64,000 nucleotides of DNA from assembly GCA_016926395.1 (NCBI GenBank), contig JAFGOT010000010.1, positions 1 to 64,000 on the forward strand. Reading direction: 5' to 3'. The position numbers and the translations under genes are program-made. The notes beneath the pieces are model-generated. The model did not search any database. It saw nothing but the letters and a program-made list of their open reading frames with translations, and had not been told where the DNA came from. Below are positions 27,564-37,362 of this stretch, one piece after another (positions within the stretch are counted from its first letter, which is position 1; the number at the start of each line of letters is the position of its first letter). Source of the stretch: Candidatus Woesearchaeota archaeon. Lineage in GTDB: Archaea > Nanobdellota > Nanobdellia > Woesearchaeales > SKGA01.

Positions 27564-29270
27564 ATGTATCGAACACACACATGTGGAGAACTACGTGCTA
27601 AGCACGAGAATAGTGAAGTAACCCTTGCGGGTTGGGTTCATAAAGTTAGAACTCATGGCGCATTAACCTTCGTTGATCTTAGAGATCGATATGGTATAAC
27701 ACAAATTACAATTAACTCCGACGATGATTTAGATACTGATTTCACCAAAGAAAGTGTTATTCAAATTAAAGGAGTAGTTGTAAAAAAACCCGAAGCGAAT
27801 AAAGCATTAGAGACTGGCGAAATAGAAGTTATTGCTAAAGAAGTTAATGTTCTTAGTAAATCCGAACCTCTTCCAATTGATAACAACGCAACTGAAGATA
27901 ACAGACTAAAATACAGGTATCTTGATATTCGTAACAATGGTGTTATTGATAATTTAGCTTTTAGAAGTGAAGCTGTTCTTACAGTAAGAAACTTTTTTAG
28001 AAGTGAAAATTTTTTAGAAATTGAAACACCTCTTCTTGTTAAATCAACACCAGAAGGAGCAAGAGATTACGTTGTTCCCTCAAGAATTAATAAAGGAATG
28101 TTTTACGCGCTTCCACAATCTCCTCAGCTTTACAAGCAAATTTTAATGATTGCAGGAGCAGACAAATATTTTCAGTTAGCAAAATGTCTTAGAGATGAAG
28201 ACCTTCGAGCAGATAGACAACCAGAACACACTCAAATTGACTTTGAAATGAGTTTTGTTCATCAAGAAGATATTCAAGCTTTTGTTGAAAGATTAATGAA
28301 AGATTTATTCAAAAGAACATTAAACAAAGAACTTGATTCATTCCCTGTATTTTCTTATGATAATGCAATGGCTAGATTTGGTAGCGATAAACCTGATATT
28401 CGTTTTGGTCTAGAATTAACTGATGTTACAAAAATTGGCAAAGAAACTGACTTTGCAGTTTTCAAAGAAGCAGAAGTAGTCAACGCGATTTTTGTTGAAA
28501 AAGATTTTTCTAGAAAAGAAATCGACAAATATACTGATCTTGTTAAAACATACAGAGCTAAGGGTTTAGCTTATTCAAAAATTGTTGATAACAAATTCGA
28601 TGGTGGTGTTAGTAAATTTTTAGACGCATCAGTTCAAGAAAAAATTATCTCTGCAATTAACGCAACTGGAAAAACTGGAACGGTATTTTTTGTAGCAGAT
28701 AGGCTTCGTATCAGTCAAACAGCTCTTGGTCACCTTCGAAACAAATTAGCACTTGATTTAGAGTTATACAATAAAGATGATTTCAAATTCTGCTGGGTTA
28801 ATGATTTCCCTCTATTCTCATATAATGAAGAAGAAGATAAATGGGAACCTGAACACCACATGTTTTCTATGCCTAAACCTGAATTTGTAAATGATTTCGA
28901 ATCTCGTCCGGGAGAAGTAAAAGGAGACTTATGGGATCTTGTTCTAAATGGTTGGGAAATGGCTTCTGGTTCTATTAGAGTAAGTAATCCTAAAGTTCAA
29001 GAACGAATAATGAATTTTATTGGTCTTAACAAAGAAGAAGCAAATGAAAAATTTGGTTTCCTTCTTGATGCATATAAGTACGGCGGTCCAATCCACGGCG
29101 GCATGGGTATTGGTGTTGATAGACTTGTTGCTCTTATGCTTCAATTCACTGATATCAGAGCGGTTATGGCATTTCCAAAAAACAAGAACGCGCAGTGCCC
29201 AATGGATGACTCTCCTAACAAAATCAGCGAGATTCAACTTGACGAACTTAGCATCAGCATAAACAAATAA
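27564..29270 (+). CDS. aspS: Aspartyl-tRNA synthetase, bacterial type (GAD insertion)
   Basis: YRTHTCGELR, DLRDRYG, YALPQSPQLYKQ, RDEDLRADRQPE, RFGSDKPDIRF, GAD domain, HGGMGIGVDR. Confidence 0.96.
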   Translation: MYRTHTCGELRAKHENSEVTLAGWVHKVRTHGALTFVDLRDRYGITQITINSDDDLDTDFTKESVIQIKGVVVKKPEANKALETGEIEVIAKEVNVLSKSEPLPIDNNATEDNRLKYRYLDIRNNGVIDNLAFRSEAVLTVRNFFRSENFLEIETPLLVKSTPEGARDYVVPSRINKGMFYALPQSPQLYKQILMIAGADKYFQLAKCLRDEDLRADRQPEHTQIDFEMSFVHQEDIQAFVERLMKDLFKRTLNKELDSFPVFSYDNAMARFGSDKPDIRFGLELTDVTKIGKETDFAVFKEAEVVNAIFVEKDFSRKEIDKYTDLVKTYRAKGLAYSKIVDNKFDGGVSKFLDASVQEKIISAINATGKTGTVFFVADRLRISQTALGHLRNKLALDLELYNKDDFKFCWVNDFPLFSYNEEEDKWEPEHHMFSMPKPEFVNDFESRPGEVKGDLWDLVLNGWEMASGSIRVSNPKVQERIMNFIGLNKEEANEKFGFLLDAYKYGGPIHGGMGIGVDRLVALMLQFTDIRAVMAFPKNKNAQCPMDDSPNKISEIQLDELSISINK

Positions 29271-29353
29271 GTTTATTTTTTGTTTTTTCTTTTAATTTCA
29301 TTCTTCCCAAACACTTATAAACCCTCAAAGTCACTTTTTAAGTAATCTGTGGG

Positions 29354-31369
29354 TTGATTGTTGTGAAAAAAAATATTCCTTTGCGTTCGATAAAATATCA
29401 ATGGGAGTCCATGATATATCGTGATGATGTAAGTCGTAAAACTTCTTTCGATCGTAAGTTTGGAACTAAAGTTATTTCTAGAAATGATGACCTAACAGCT
29501 AATCTTGTTGAATTCTTTGTTTATGCTAATGACCCTTTCAAAGAAATTTTCTTGGTTGGTTCATTTAATGAATGGGGTAAAAAGAATTTGGATGATTTCA
29601 AATTAACAGTCCAAAATGATGCTTTTCAAATTTTAAGAACTGATAAAGTTAAACATAAAGATCCATATTTATTTTTAGTAAGAAAAGACGGCCACGAGGA
29701 AGTCTTGCGTGATGTTGCTAGTTTTGCTTTTGATGATGATGGCAACTCTATCTTTTGGGATTTTGAAGATCCAACAGCTTACAAAAAAGAATATCCTGGT
29801 CCTGATACTCTTCATCGTGCTACTAAAATTATTCAAACTGATCTGCCGGGTCTTGTTTCTCGTTGGTTTGAACTTAACAAAGATACGCCTAACACTACAG
29901 AATATGAGGGTGATTTATTTACCTACATTAAAGAATGTGGTGTTATTGAAAAAGTTAAAGATTTAGGTTTTAATACCATTCAATTTCTTCCTGTTGGTCA
30001 ATCTATCGATGGTGACAACTGGAAATTTCGTTATTTAGTTCCATATCCTTTTGCTGTTCATAAAGATTGGGGAGATCCTGATTCTTTTATGGCGATGATT
30101 GATGAATTTCACAAACACGGTATTGCAGTTATTGTTGATTTAATATTAAGTCATTGTCCTCACGTTAATTACAAAATATTTGGTTTTAACGGTGAAGATG
30201 TTGGACCTCACAAATGGCTAACTCAATGGAACGAACCTACATTCCTGCAAGATTACACTCCATGGGGCTCTATGCGTTTTCGTTACGGTGATGAAAATGT
30301 TCGTCGATATTTAACAGAGAGTGCTCTTCATTTTTCTGCAACTTATGGTGTTGATGGTTTTCGTATAGATAATGTTGATGGTATTCTTCGTCTTGGAGAT
30401 CATGGTCAAGGTGATGAGAGAGCATATGGTCGTCAGTTTATGAGAGAACTAATCGCCGATGTTTATGATATTAATCCGCTTGCTTTAATCCATTTAGAAT
30501 CTCATTATTTTTATGGTGATAACGCTAAAATGCTTGTTCATCCACAGGCTCTAAGTGATAGGGCTTTGGGAGCTACAGCTTATAACAGTTCAAGAATAAC
30601 TTATTATTTTCACAAAGAAGTTATGCCAAAATCTGCTGAAGAAATTTCTGTTTGGAAATTTGAAAACATCAGAGAAGAAAAAGAATGGGGTGCGTCAAAT
30701 TCTACAATTGCAGATTTTCACAATCACGATGCAGCTGCTGGTTTAATGCATGGGCGAGCAACAGGAAGTTATGCATACGATGCTTTGATATTAAAGAATC
30801 CATCTCTTCATTTTCACGCTGTTGGTAAAATTAAATTTATGGAAGCAATCATCGCTTTTGGTTGTGAAGGTAGAATACTAGATTTACTTCAATCATTTTT
30901 ATTACAGATGGGAACCTTTGAACATGATAGTAGTATTCACTGGGGTCTTCTTAATGATAATCCTGAAAGTGTAAAAGTTGTTAATTACAAAAAAGCCGTT
31001 AATGAACTTCTAGAACGACCAGCATTTTGGGTTGAAAATACTTTGTATAGACAATTTGTTAATGTTGATGAAACAAATAAAGTTCTTGTCATTCGTCGTG
31101 TTGATAAAACACAAGATACGAATGAAGATTATTATATTCTAATTAATCTTTCAAGTAAATCTTGTCCAAACTATGCTATCGGTGTTGAAAAAAAAGGAAC
31201 TTATGAAGTTGTTCTTGATAGTGATGCAGAATTTTTTGCAGGAACAAACACCTCAATGTTAAATAAAGAATATGAAAGTACTAAGAGTTCTAGTTTTGCT
31301 CATTTCTCTTGGGAAATTAAATTAAATAATGTGGCTCCATACCACGTTGTTGTTTTGAAACGAAAATGA
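29354..31369 (+). CDS. glgB: GH13 alpha-glucan branching enzyme-like protein
   Basis: CBM48-like N-domain (LVGSFNEWG); VIVDLILSH; GFRIDNV (Asp nucleophile); HLES (Glu); HNHD. Start possibly GTG 29363. Confidence 0.8.
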   Translation: MIVVKKNIPLRSIKYQWESMIYRDDVSRKTSFDRKFGTKVISRNDDLTANLVEFFVYANDPFKEIFLVGSFNEWGKKNLDDFKLTVQNDAFQILRTDKVKHKDPYLFLVRKDGHEEVLRDVASFAFDDDGNSIFWDFEDPTAYKKEYPGPDTLHRATKIIQTDLPGLVSRWFELNKDTPNTTEYEGDLFTYIKECGVIEKVKDLGFNTIQFLPVGQSIDGDNWKFRYLVPYPFAVHKDWGDPDSFMAMIDEFHKHGIAVIVDLILSHCPHVNYKIFGFNGEDVGPHKWLTQWNEPTFLQDYTPWGSMRFRYGDENVRRYLTESALHFSATYGVDGFRIDNVDGILRLGDHGQGDERAYGRQFMRELIADVYDINPLALIHLESHYFYGDNAKMLVHPQALSDRALGATAYNSSRITYYFHKEVMPKSAEEISVWKFENIREEKEWGASNSTIADFHNHDAAAGLMHGRATGSYAYDALILKNPSLHFHAVGKIKFMEAIIAFGCEGRILDLLQSFLLQMGTFEHDSSIHWGLLNDNPESVKVVNYKKAVNELLERPAFWVENTLYRQFVNVDETNKVLVIRRVDKTQDTNEDYYILINLSSKSCPNYAIGVEKKGTYEVVLDSDAEFFAGTNTSMLNKEYESTKSSSFAHFSWEIKLNNVAPYHVVVLKRK

Positions 31370-32535
31370 GATACCATCATCAACAAAGCAAACACATCAA
31401 GGCAATTCATTCTCTTGGCCTTAACGCTACTTTAATTGGTTTAGCTTATGCCGCCGTAGAAACAGTTTGGTCAATCTATATTTATTCTTTTTTTCCAAAT
31501 GAAAGTCAAATGGGTTTTGTTTCTGCAATTTTTTCTCTGGCAACACTTGCTAGTTTATTGTTTGCATTTCCTTTGTTTAAAAAATTTAGTCCTCATAAAT
31601 TATTGTTTGCTTCAGTTGGAATAAACTCAATTATCTTAGCGCTCTTCGCCCACATTCACAGTCCAATAATGCTTATAATATTTGGTACACTTAACGCAAT
31701 ACTAATAGGTGTAAGAGTTCAAGCATTTGGTGTTTTATTAAGACATAATAGTACTAATAAAAAAATATTTACTGACGAAAAGTATGTTTATCTTTTGATG
31801 AACATTGGTTGGATCATTGGTCCTTTAGTTGCTGGCTATATTGCAAATACAATAGCGACCAGAGCAGTAATGGTCTTTGCTTCAATAGCATTACTTCTTT
31901 CAGTATATTCAATAACTTACAATCAAAAAACGTTCAGAAAAGAAAAACAGGAACTCAAAGAACACATAAGCATAATTCTTAATATTAAAGATTTTTTCAG
32001 AAATAAAAAAAGAATTCTTGCATATTGTTTAAGTGGTGGTCTTGAGGTTTGGTGGGCAATACCATATATTTTTCTTCCCGTAATTATGATAGAACTTTAC
32101 GGATTTAACATTAAAACTGTAGGGATGTTTTTGTTTGCAATAGAAATTCCTTTAATAATTACAGAATATATAATGCAAAAAAAAGACATAAAGAATATTC
32201 GAAAAATAATGGGGATTGGTTTTTTTATAGCCTCAGCAATGGCTCTTATCGCAGGATTAACAGGCAACATATACATTATTTTAGGTGCTTTTGTAACAGG
32301 TAGTTTTGGTATTGGTTTTGTTGAACCAAATGTTGAAAGTTTTTTCTTTAGTATAACTAAAGAAAAGGAAAGTGAAAGATTTTATGGTTCTTTTATGACT
32401 GCTAAACAAGTTGGTTCTTTTGTTGGAAAAGCAATAGTTGCTACAATTCTTCTTACCCTCCCAATACAAGTAGGTATTTTATCTGTTGGTTTAGTGGTTT
32501 TTATTTTAGGAATTTGGAGCATTAAAGGAAAATGA
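31366..32535 (+). CDS. MFS transporter
   Basis: About 12 TM in two 6-helix halves; ERFYGSFMTAKQVGSFVG; coupled to glgB by ATGA. Confidence 0.85.
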   Translation: MRYHHQQSKHIKAIHSLGLNATLIGLAYAAVETVWSIYIYSFFPNESQMGFVSAIFSLATLASLLFAFPLFKKFSPHKLLFASVGINSIILALFAHIHSPIMLIIFGTLNAILIGVRVQAFGVLLRHNSTNKKIFTDEKYVYLLMNIGWIIGPLVAGYIANTIATRAVMVFASIALLLSVYSITYNQKTFRKEKQELKEHISIILNIKDFFRNKKRILAYCLSGGLEVWWAIPYIFLPVIMIELYGFNIKTVGMFLFAIEIPLIITEYIMQKKDIKNIRKIMGIGFFIASAMALIAGLTGNIYIILGAFVTGSFGIGFVEPNVESFFFSITKEKESERFYGSFMTAKQVGSFVGKAIVATILLTLPIQVGILSVGLVVFILGIWSIKGK

Positions 32536-33014
32536 GCGAAACCACTCTTAAAAATATTATTAATCTTCTAAAGTCAAACAACATCGAGTTTGTTCATTTT
32601 AATCATGAACCTGTTCCTAAAGATTCTCTTGGTGCTTCAAAAGTTAGAGGTTTGAGTCCTGATAGTGGAGCAAAGGCTTTAATCTTACAAGGTAAAAGTG
32701 GAAAATTTTACCAAACTGTTCTTTCAGGTCATTTGCGTTTAGACATTAAAAAAGTAAAAAATTTAACAAGTGAAAAAAATATTTCTTTAGCTTCTCCAAA
32801 CGACGTCCTTGAAGTTACTGGTTGCGTTATTGGAACAGTCCCGCCAATGGGTGTTTTGTTTAATATTCCTGTTTATATTGACCATTCATTATTAGAAAAA
32901 AAAGAAGTTGTTTTTTCTGCAGGAACTAGAACCGACACAATCAGAATTAATCCACAAGAATTTGTTAAAATAAACAAAGCAATTGTTGCAGATATAAGCA
33001 AACAAGTAGAATAA
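32532..33014 (+). CDS. YbaK/ProXp-family aminoacyl-tRNA deacylase
   Basis: GAKALIL (conserved Lys), LASPNDV, TGCVIGTVPPMG, FSAGT. Confidence 0.9.
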   Translation: MSETTLKNIINLLKSNNIEFVHFNHEPVPKDSLGASKVRGLSPDSGAKALILQGKSGKFYQTVLSGHLRLDIKKVKNLTSEKNISLASPNDVLEVTGCVIGTVPPMGVLFNIPVYIDHSLLEKKEVVFSAGTRTDTIRINPQEFVKINKAIVADISKQVE

Positions 33015-33016
33015 AA

Positions 33017-33625
33017 TTAAGATTCAGTTTTTGGTTGCATGAATGATCGACTATCTTCAGGTCTCATTCCAGTATAAACTTGTATTAATTGATAGAGGTC
33101 TTGACTTGCTTGAATTATTTCTCCTTTTGCAGCACCAAAAACTCCTCGGTTTATTCTGTTCCAAAATCTAAAGTGAAAGAATTTTAGTATTGGGTTTGTT
33201 TGCCACTCACTATCTTTTTCTCCCCAATTTGAATGTAAGTAAAACTTAGCTCTTATTCGTATTTCTCCATTATCTAGTTTTTCTTTACTACCATTAATGA
33301 TTACTTCTTTTTTTGCCATCAAAACAGTCTTGAACTCTAGTTTAAGATAAAATTTTAAGAATTTTATACTTCGTTCTTTCTCTAGTTTTGGGTCTCTCAT
33401 TGCCCTCCACCAGATGTCGTGATTTAGCATGTTTCCTGGCAAGTGCATTTCATGGTAAAACGATTCAAAATCATCTCCACCGTTTAGATCATACCATTCA
33501 TTATCAACCATAAAGTCGTGCATTACTTTGTAGAGTCCTTTTAGGTCAAAGCTTTCCTTTATCGTTAATTCCCATTCACTAAAAGGCCCTCCTTTTAGGA
33601 CTGAGAAAGGTATTTTTCCTGCCAT
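33017..33625 (-). CDS. Soluble hypothetical protein
   Basis: 202 aa, aromatic-rich alpha/beta pattern; coupled to the upstream MFS gene (1-bp gap). Confidence 0.75.
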   Translation of the reverse strand: MAGKIPFSVLKGGPFSEWELTIKESFDLKGLYKVMHDFMVDNEWYDLNGGDDFESFYHEMHLPGNMLNHDIWWRAMRDPKLEKERSIKFLKFYLKLEFKTVLMAKKEVIINGSKEKLDNGEIRIRAKFYLHSNWGEKDSEWQTNPILKFFHFRFWNRINRGVFGAAKGEIIQASQDLYQLIQVYTGMRPEDSRSFMQPKTES

Positions 33626-33626
33626 T

Positions 33627-35060
33627 TTAGAATTGTTGTCTTTTATTTGATTTTATTACTAGCGCAAAATATACTGGCGCCACAATTAGTATTAGTATTC
33701 CTACGATTCCCTGAAAAACTAATTCAAAGGAGTATGCACTTGCAATCCACGCTCCAATTCCTGATATTATTAGGAAAGGTATTGCTGATATTGATCGCAG
33801 TGAATGATAAAATGCTTTTCTTTCTGATAAAGATAATAATTTTCTAGTTAAAAGTCCTTGAGCCACACCAAGTATGCTTGCTCCAATTATTGCAAGTGAT
33901 GCCGCAACTAATACTGGATAAAATGCTTTATTAAATAATAATATTAAAGGTAATAATGCTAAAAGCAAAGTTCCAAAAACAAACATAGGAGCCAATCCCG
34001 CTCTTCTTTGAACAAATCTTGTGAATGCAGGTCCAATAAAGGATGCTAGTATTGCAACACCAAAGATTATTGCTACATTTAGAAAACCACCAAAATAGTA
34101 TTCCCTAAATAATTTGTAGATAAAATATCCATAAAATGATGCACCAAGTGATTGTACTACGCTTACAAATAATGAAGCCACAAATAATAATTTCATTGTT
34201 GCGTTTTGAAGAAATATTTTTCTATTGGATTTTAATCCGTGTCTATACTCTCTCCAAAATTCTTTGAAAGGATAATTTTGTTGTGTTATTTCTCTTGTTG
34301 GAATGTTTGATAAAATAAATCCTGATAGAATAAACATTATTGCTGCCAGTTCAAAAATTAAAAAATATCCTGTTAATGGAACTATAAATCCGCTAATATC
34401 AATGACCGTTCCTGAAGGAAACATCTGTAAAAGCCATCCCGAAACTAAAAAGGCTATTGCAGTTATTAACACACCATAATGAGCAACTTCTTTTAGAAAT
34501 TTTGCTTTTCTTTCATGTTTTATTTGTTGATCCAATAATTGAGTATAAATTTGACCATATGTTACAATTCCAACACTACCTAATATTACTGATATTGCAT
34601 ATATTGGAATAGATTGTAGTCTTATTCCAAGCACTATTCCTAAGAAACTAAATCCAAAAAATATTCCTGCAAAAGATAACACGTTTTTACTTAAGGTCCT
34701 TACTCGTGAATATTCATCAATAAATGCAGATATAAAATCACCTATTACATCTCTAAGTGCATTAACCATTCCAACTAGAAAAGCTCCAGCTCCACTTAAA
34801 AAGAAAAAGATTGTTACCCATTGATGAGCTCCAAGACCATAACCTATTCTGTCAAGAAACTCTTTTAGTGAAAATGCTCTGTTTAGAAGTTTGTATCTTT
34901 TTTTGGTTGATTCAATTAATTTTTCTTGAGATGCGCCAAGTGCCAAATCGGAATCTACAAGATCATCTTTTTGAATTCTTGATTCAATGTCTTCAAAATC
35001 TCCTTGTCGTTCCAGGTCCGCTTCTAGCTTCTTCTCAACATTATTAATATTGTCGACCAT
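33627..35060 (-). CDS. MFS-like transporter with acidic N-terminal extension
   Basis: About 12 TM; MFS motif-A-like FVQRRAGLAP; ~55-aa hydrophilic N-terminus. Confidence 0.75.
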   Translation of the reverse strand: MVDNINNVEKKLEADLERQGDFEDIESRIQKDDLVDSDLALGASQEKLIESTKKRYKLLNRAFSLKEFLDRIGYGLGAHQWVTIFFFLSGAGAFLVGMVNALRDVIGDFISAFIDEYSRVRTLSKNVLSFAGIFFGFSFLGIVLGIRLQSIPIYAISVILGSVGIVTYGQIYTQLLDQQIKHERKAKFLKEVAHYGVLITAIAFLVSGWLLQMFPSGTVIDISGFIVPLTGYFLIFELAAIMFILSGFILSNIPTREITQQNYPFKEFWREYRHGLKSNRKIFLQNATMKLLFVASLFVSVVQSLGASFYGYFIYKLFREYYFGGFLNVAIIFGVAILASFIGPAFTRFVQRRAGLAPMFVFGTLLLALLPLILLFNKAFYPVLVAASLAIIGASILGVAQGLLTRKLLSLSERKAFYHSLRSISAIPFLIISGIGAWIASAYSFELVFQGIVGILILIVAPVYFALVIKSNKRQQF

Positions 35061-35183
35061 AAGAATTTTGATGAATTTAGCGTATATAAAGGCTTCGCTT
35101 CAAAAAACGTTGTTCCTATAAAGTAGTTCAATAATTTTTTTCTAGAAATATTTATAAAGCAAATTTCGTAGTTAAAACTTGTA

Positions 35184-36419
35184 ATGGGAATCGCACGTAG
35201 CATTCGTCGAGCAATTGGACGAGGGGAAAAAACTATTCAACCATCTTGGGTTCTAGATTTGAAGAGTAAAGTTCTAAATGCCCCAAAAATATCATCATAT
35301 CATAATGGCAAAGAGGAAGTTATTCTTGTTGGCACTCAAGAAGGAAAATTGTATCAAATGCAAAGCAATGGTCGTGTTATGTGGACATTTAATGCAGGCA
35401 ATACATTAAGCGAACAAGAACTAATGTTTGTCGATTCTGAAACAGTCAATAGCATCAACACCGTCCCGTTAGTAGCAATGCTTGGAACTACTCAAGTCAT
35501 TTTATTTGGAACTGAATCAGGCTCCCTTTTTTGTATAAACACGGAAGGTAAGCAAATTTGGAAAGGAACAACACAAGGCCCTATTAGAGGTCAACCAATC
35601 CTTAGTAATTTTAAAGGAAAAGAAAGCGTTATTGTTGGTTCAAATGATGGTAATGTCTATTTATTCTCTCACAAAGGAGAAATTATAGAAGTTATAGAAT
35701 TAGAATCTCCTGTCGAAACTAGTCCCCTCCATACAAAAGAAATGCTTATTGTTGGAACTAGAGAAGGAGAAGTTATTGCAATTAACAAAGAAAGTGAAAT
35801 TGCTTGGAGATTTAAAACAGAAGATCGGATCACCGCAAATATTATTCCAGCGATTCTTAGCGAAAAAGGTGGCGAAGTTCTCCTAGTAGCCTCGCAAGAC
35901 AATACACTGTATGCATTAAATTTTGAGGGAGAAGCACAATGGACTTTTCCAACTGAAGGAGCCCTTATTTCAGAAGTTGTTGCTCAAGATATAAATGGCG
36001 ATAACAAAAAAGAAATTATTTTTGGGTCATGTGACAACAAAATTTATTGTATTGATGCTAATGGCGAGCTTATCTGGTCTTATGAAACTGATTTTTGGGT
36101 TACAGCAACGCCTATTGTTGCTGATATTGACAAAGACGGAACAATAGAAGTCGTCGCAGGCAGTTATGACCACAAGGTCTATGTTCTTGATAGTCAGGGT
36201 GATTATAAATTAGATTATATCCCTGGTCTTGGCGGAGTAGTTAACCAGTCAGGCCATTATTCAAACACGATGCACACAGAAGTTGGAAAAAATCAAGGAA
36301 AACTCTTCTGCACTTATTCGTTAGAAGGAAATATCGTTGGTGCTGCATTAAGTGGCTCTGGAGCAATAATTGCGAACACCAAACAGGGCAAAGTTTATAA
36401 TATAAGAGTTGACTATTAA
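35184..36419 (+). CDS. PQQ-like/FG-GAP beta-propeller protein, no signal peptide
   Basis: Repeats of GSxDGxVYxx...G..W..; Ca-binding DINGDNKKEI and DIDKDGTIEV. Confidence 0.85.
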   Translation: MGIARSIRRAIGRGEKTIQPSWVLDLKSKVLNAPKISSYHNGKEEVILVGTQEGKLYQMQSNGRVMWTFNAGNTLSEQELMFVDSETVNSINTVPLVAMLGTTQVILFGTESGSLFCINTEGKQIWKGTTQGPIRGQPILSNFKGKESVIVGSNDGNVYLFSHKGEIIEVIELESPVETSPLHTKEMLIVGTREGEVIAINKESEIAWRFKTEDRITANIIPAILSEKGGEVLLVASQDNTLYALNFEGEAQWTFPTEGALISEVVAQDINGDNKKEIIFGSCDNKIYCIDANGELIWSYETDFWVTATPIVADIDKDGTIEVVAGSYDHKVYVLDSQGDYKLDYIPGLGGVVNQSGHYSNTMHTEVGKNQGKLFCTYSLEGNIVGAALSGSGAIIANTKQGKVYNIRVDY

Positions 36420-36441
36420 GAGTAAAAAGAGGTAATTGGGT

Positions 36442-37257
36442 ATGGTTGAGCCTATAGTAAGAAATAAAGACGAAATCGTTCGTATCAAAACACACATTCA
36501 AGGTTTTGACGAAAAAATGCAGGGAGGAATCCCTAGAGGACACATTACACTTATTGCAGGTTCTGCAGGAACCATGAAATCTTCTCTATCATTTAACATA
36601 TTATATCATGAAGCTCTTTTAAACAACCGTGTTGGATTATATCTATCTCTTGAACAATCATATTCTTCAATTATTAATCATGTTATCAACATGGATTATG
36701 ACCTAACAAAAATTAATTTAGTTGTTGTTAGAGAATTATCTCAACTACCACAAGAAGTTGAAAAAGTAAATGCTTCTAAAAAAGGAAGTTTAATCATTGT
36801 CGACATTGGTTGTGTTAGAAAAGAAATCAAAGATGTCCGAGTTGATGAGAACAGAAGTTGGCTTAATGTTCTTAAAAATGTAGTTAAAAAAATAAAAGAA
36901 CAATCAAGACTTGACTTATTTGTATTAGACTCAATGAGTGCTCTTCATACATTATCCAAATTTAAAAATCCTAGAATTGAAATTTTCTATGTTTTTGAGT
37001 TCTTAAGAGATTTAAATATAACTTCTTTCGTCCTAACTGAAACTCCTCTTGACGGTTCTAAGATTGGTGATTTCGATGAAGACTTTTTATCAGATGGTAT
37101 CATATACATTAGATTAACATCTTATCGTCGAAAACAAATTCGAGAAATCAGTGTTTTAAAAATGAGAACAACTAGCTGTGATCATGACACATATAGTCTT
37201 GAATTTAAAGGCGGAAACTTTGTTGCAGCATATGGTGGACAAAACCCACTCATGTAA
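36442..37257 (+). CDS. KaiC/RAD55-like RecA-superfamily ATPase (single domain)
   Basis: IQGFDEKMQGGIP; Walker A GSAGTMKS; SLEQ; VLDSMSAL; DGIIYI; VLKMR. Confidence 0.88.
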   Translation: MVEPIVRNKDEIVRIKTHIQGFDEKMQGGIPRGHITLIAGSAGTMKSSLSFNILYHEALLNNRVGLYLSLEQSYSSIINHVINMDYDLTKINLVVVRELSQLPQEVEKVNASKKGSLIIVDIGCVRKEIKDVRVDENRSWLNVLKNVVKKIKEQSRLDLFVLDSMSALHTLSKFKNPRIEIFYVFEFLRDLNITSFVLTETPLDGSKIGDFDEDFLSDGIIYIRLTSYRRKQIREISVLKMRTTSCDHDTYSLEFKGGNFVAAYGGQNPLM

Positions 37258-37362
37258 ATAACAACCATTCTGTAAATTTTTTATTTCTAATTTTATACTG
37301 TTTATATAATTTAAAAAAGAAATTTGCAAAGCTATTTATACTAAACAAACATCTCTAATTTT

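Noticed and set aside
36442-37257. Circadian KaiC
   Set aside because: Single RecA domain, no KaiA/KaiB nearby.
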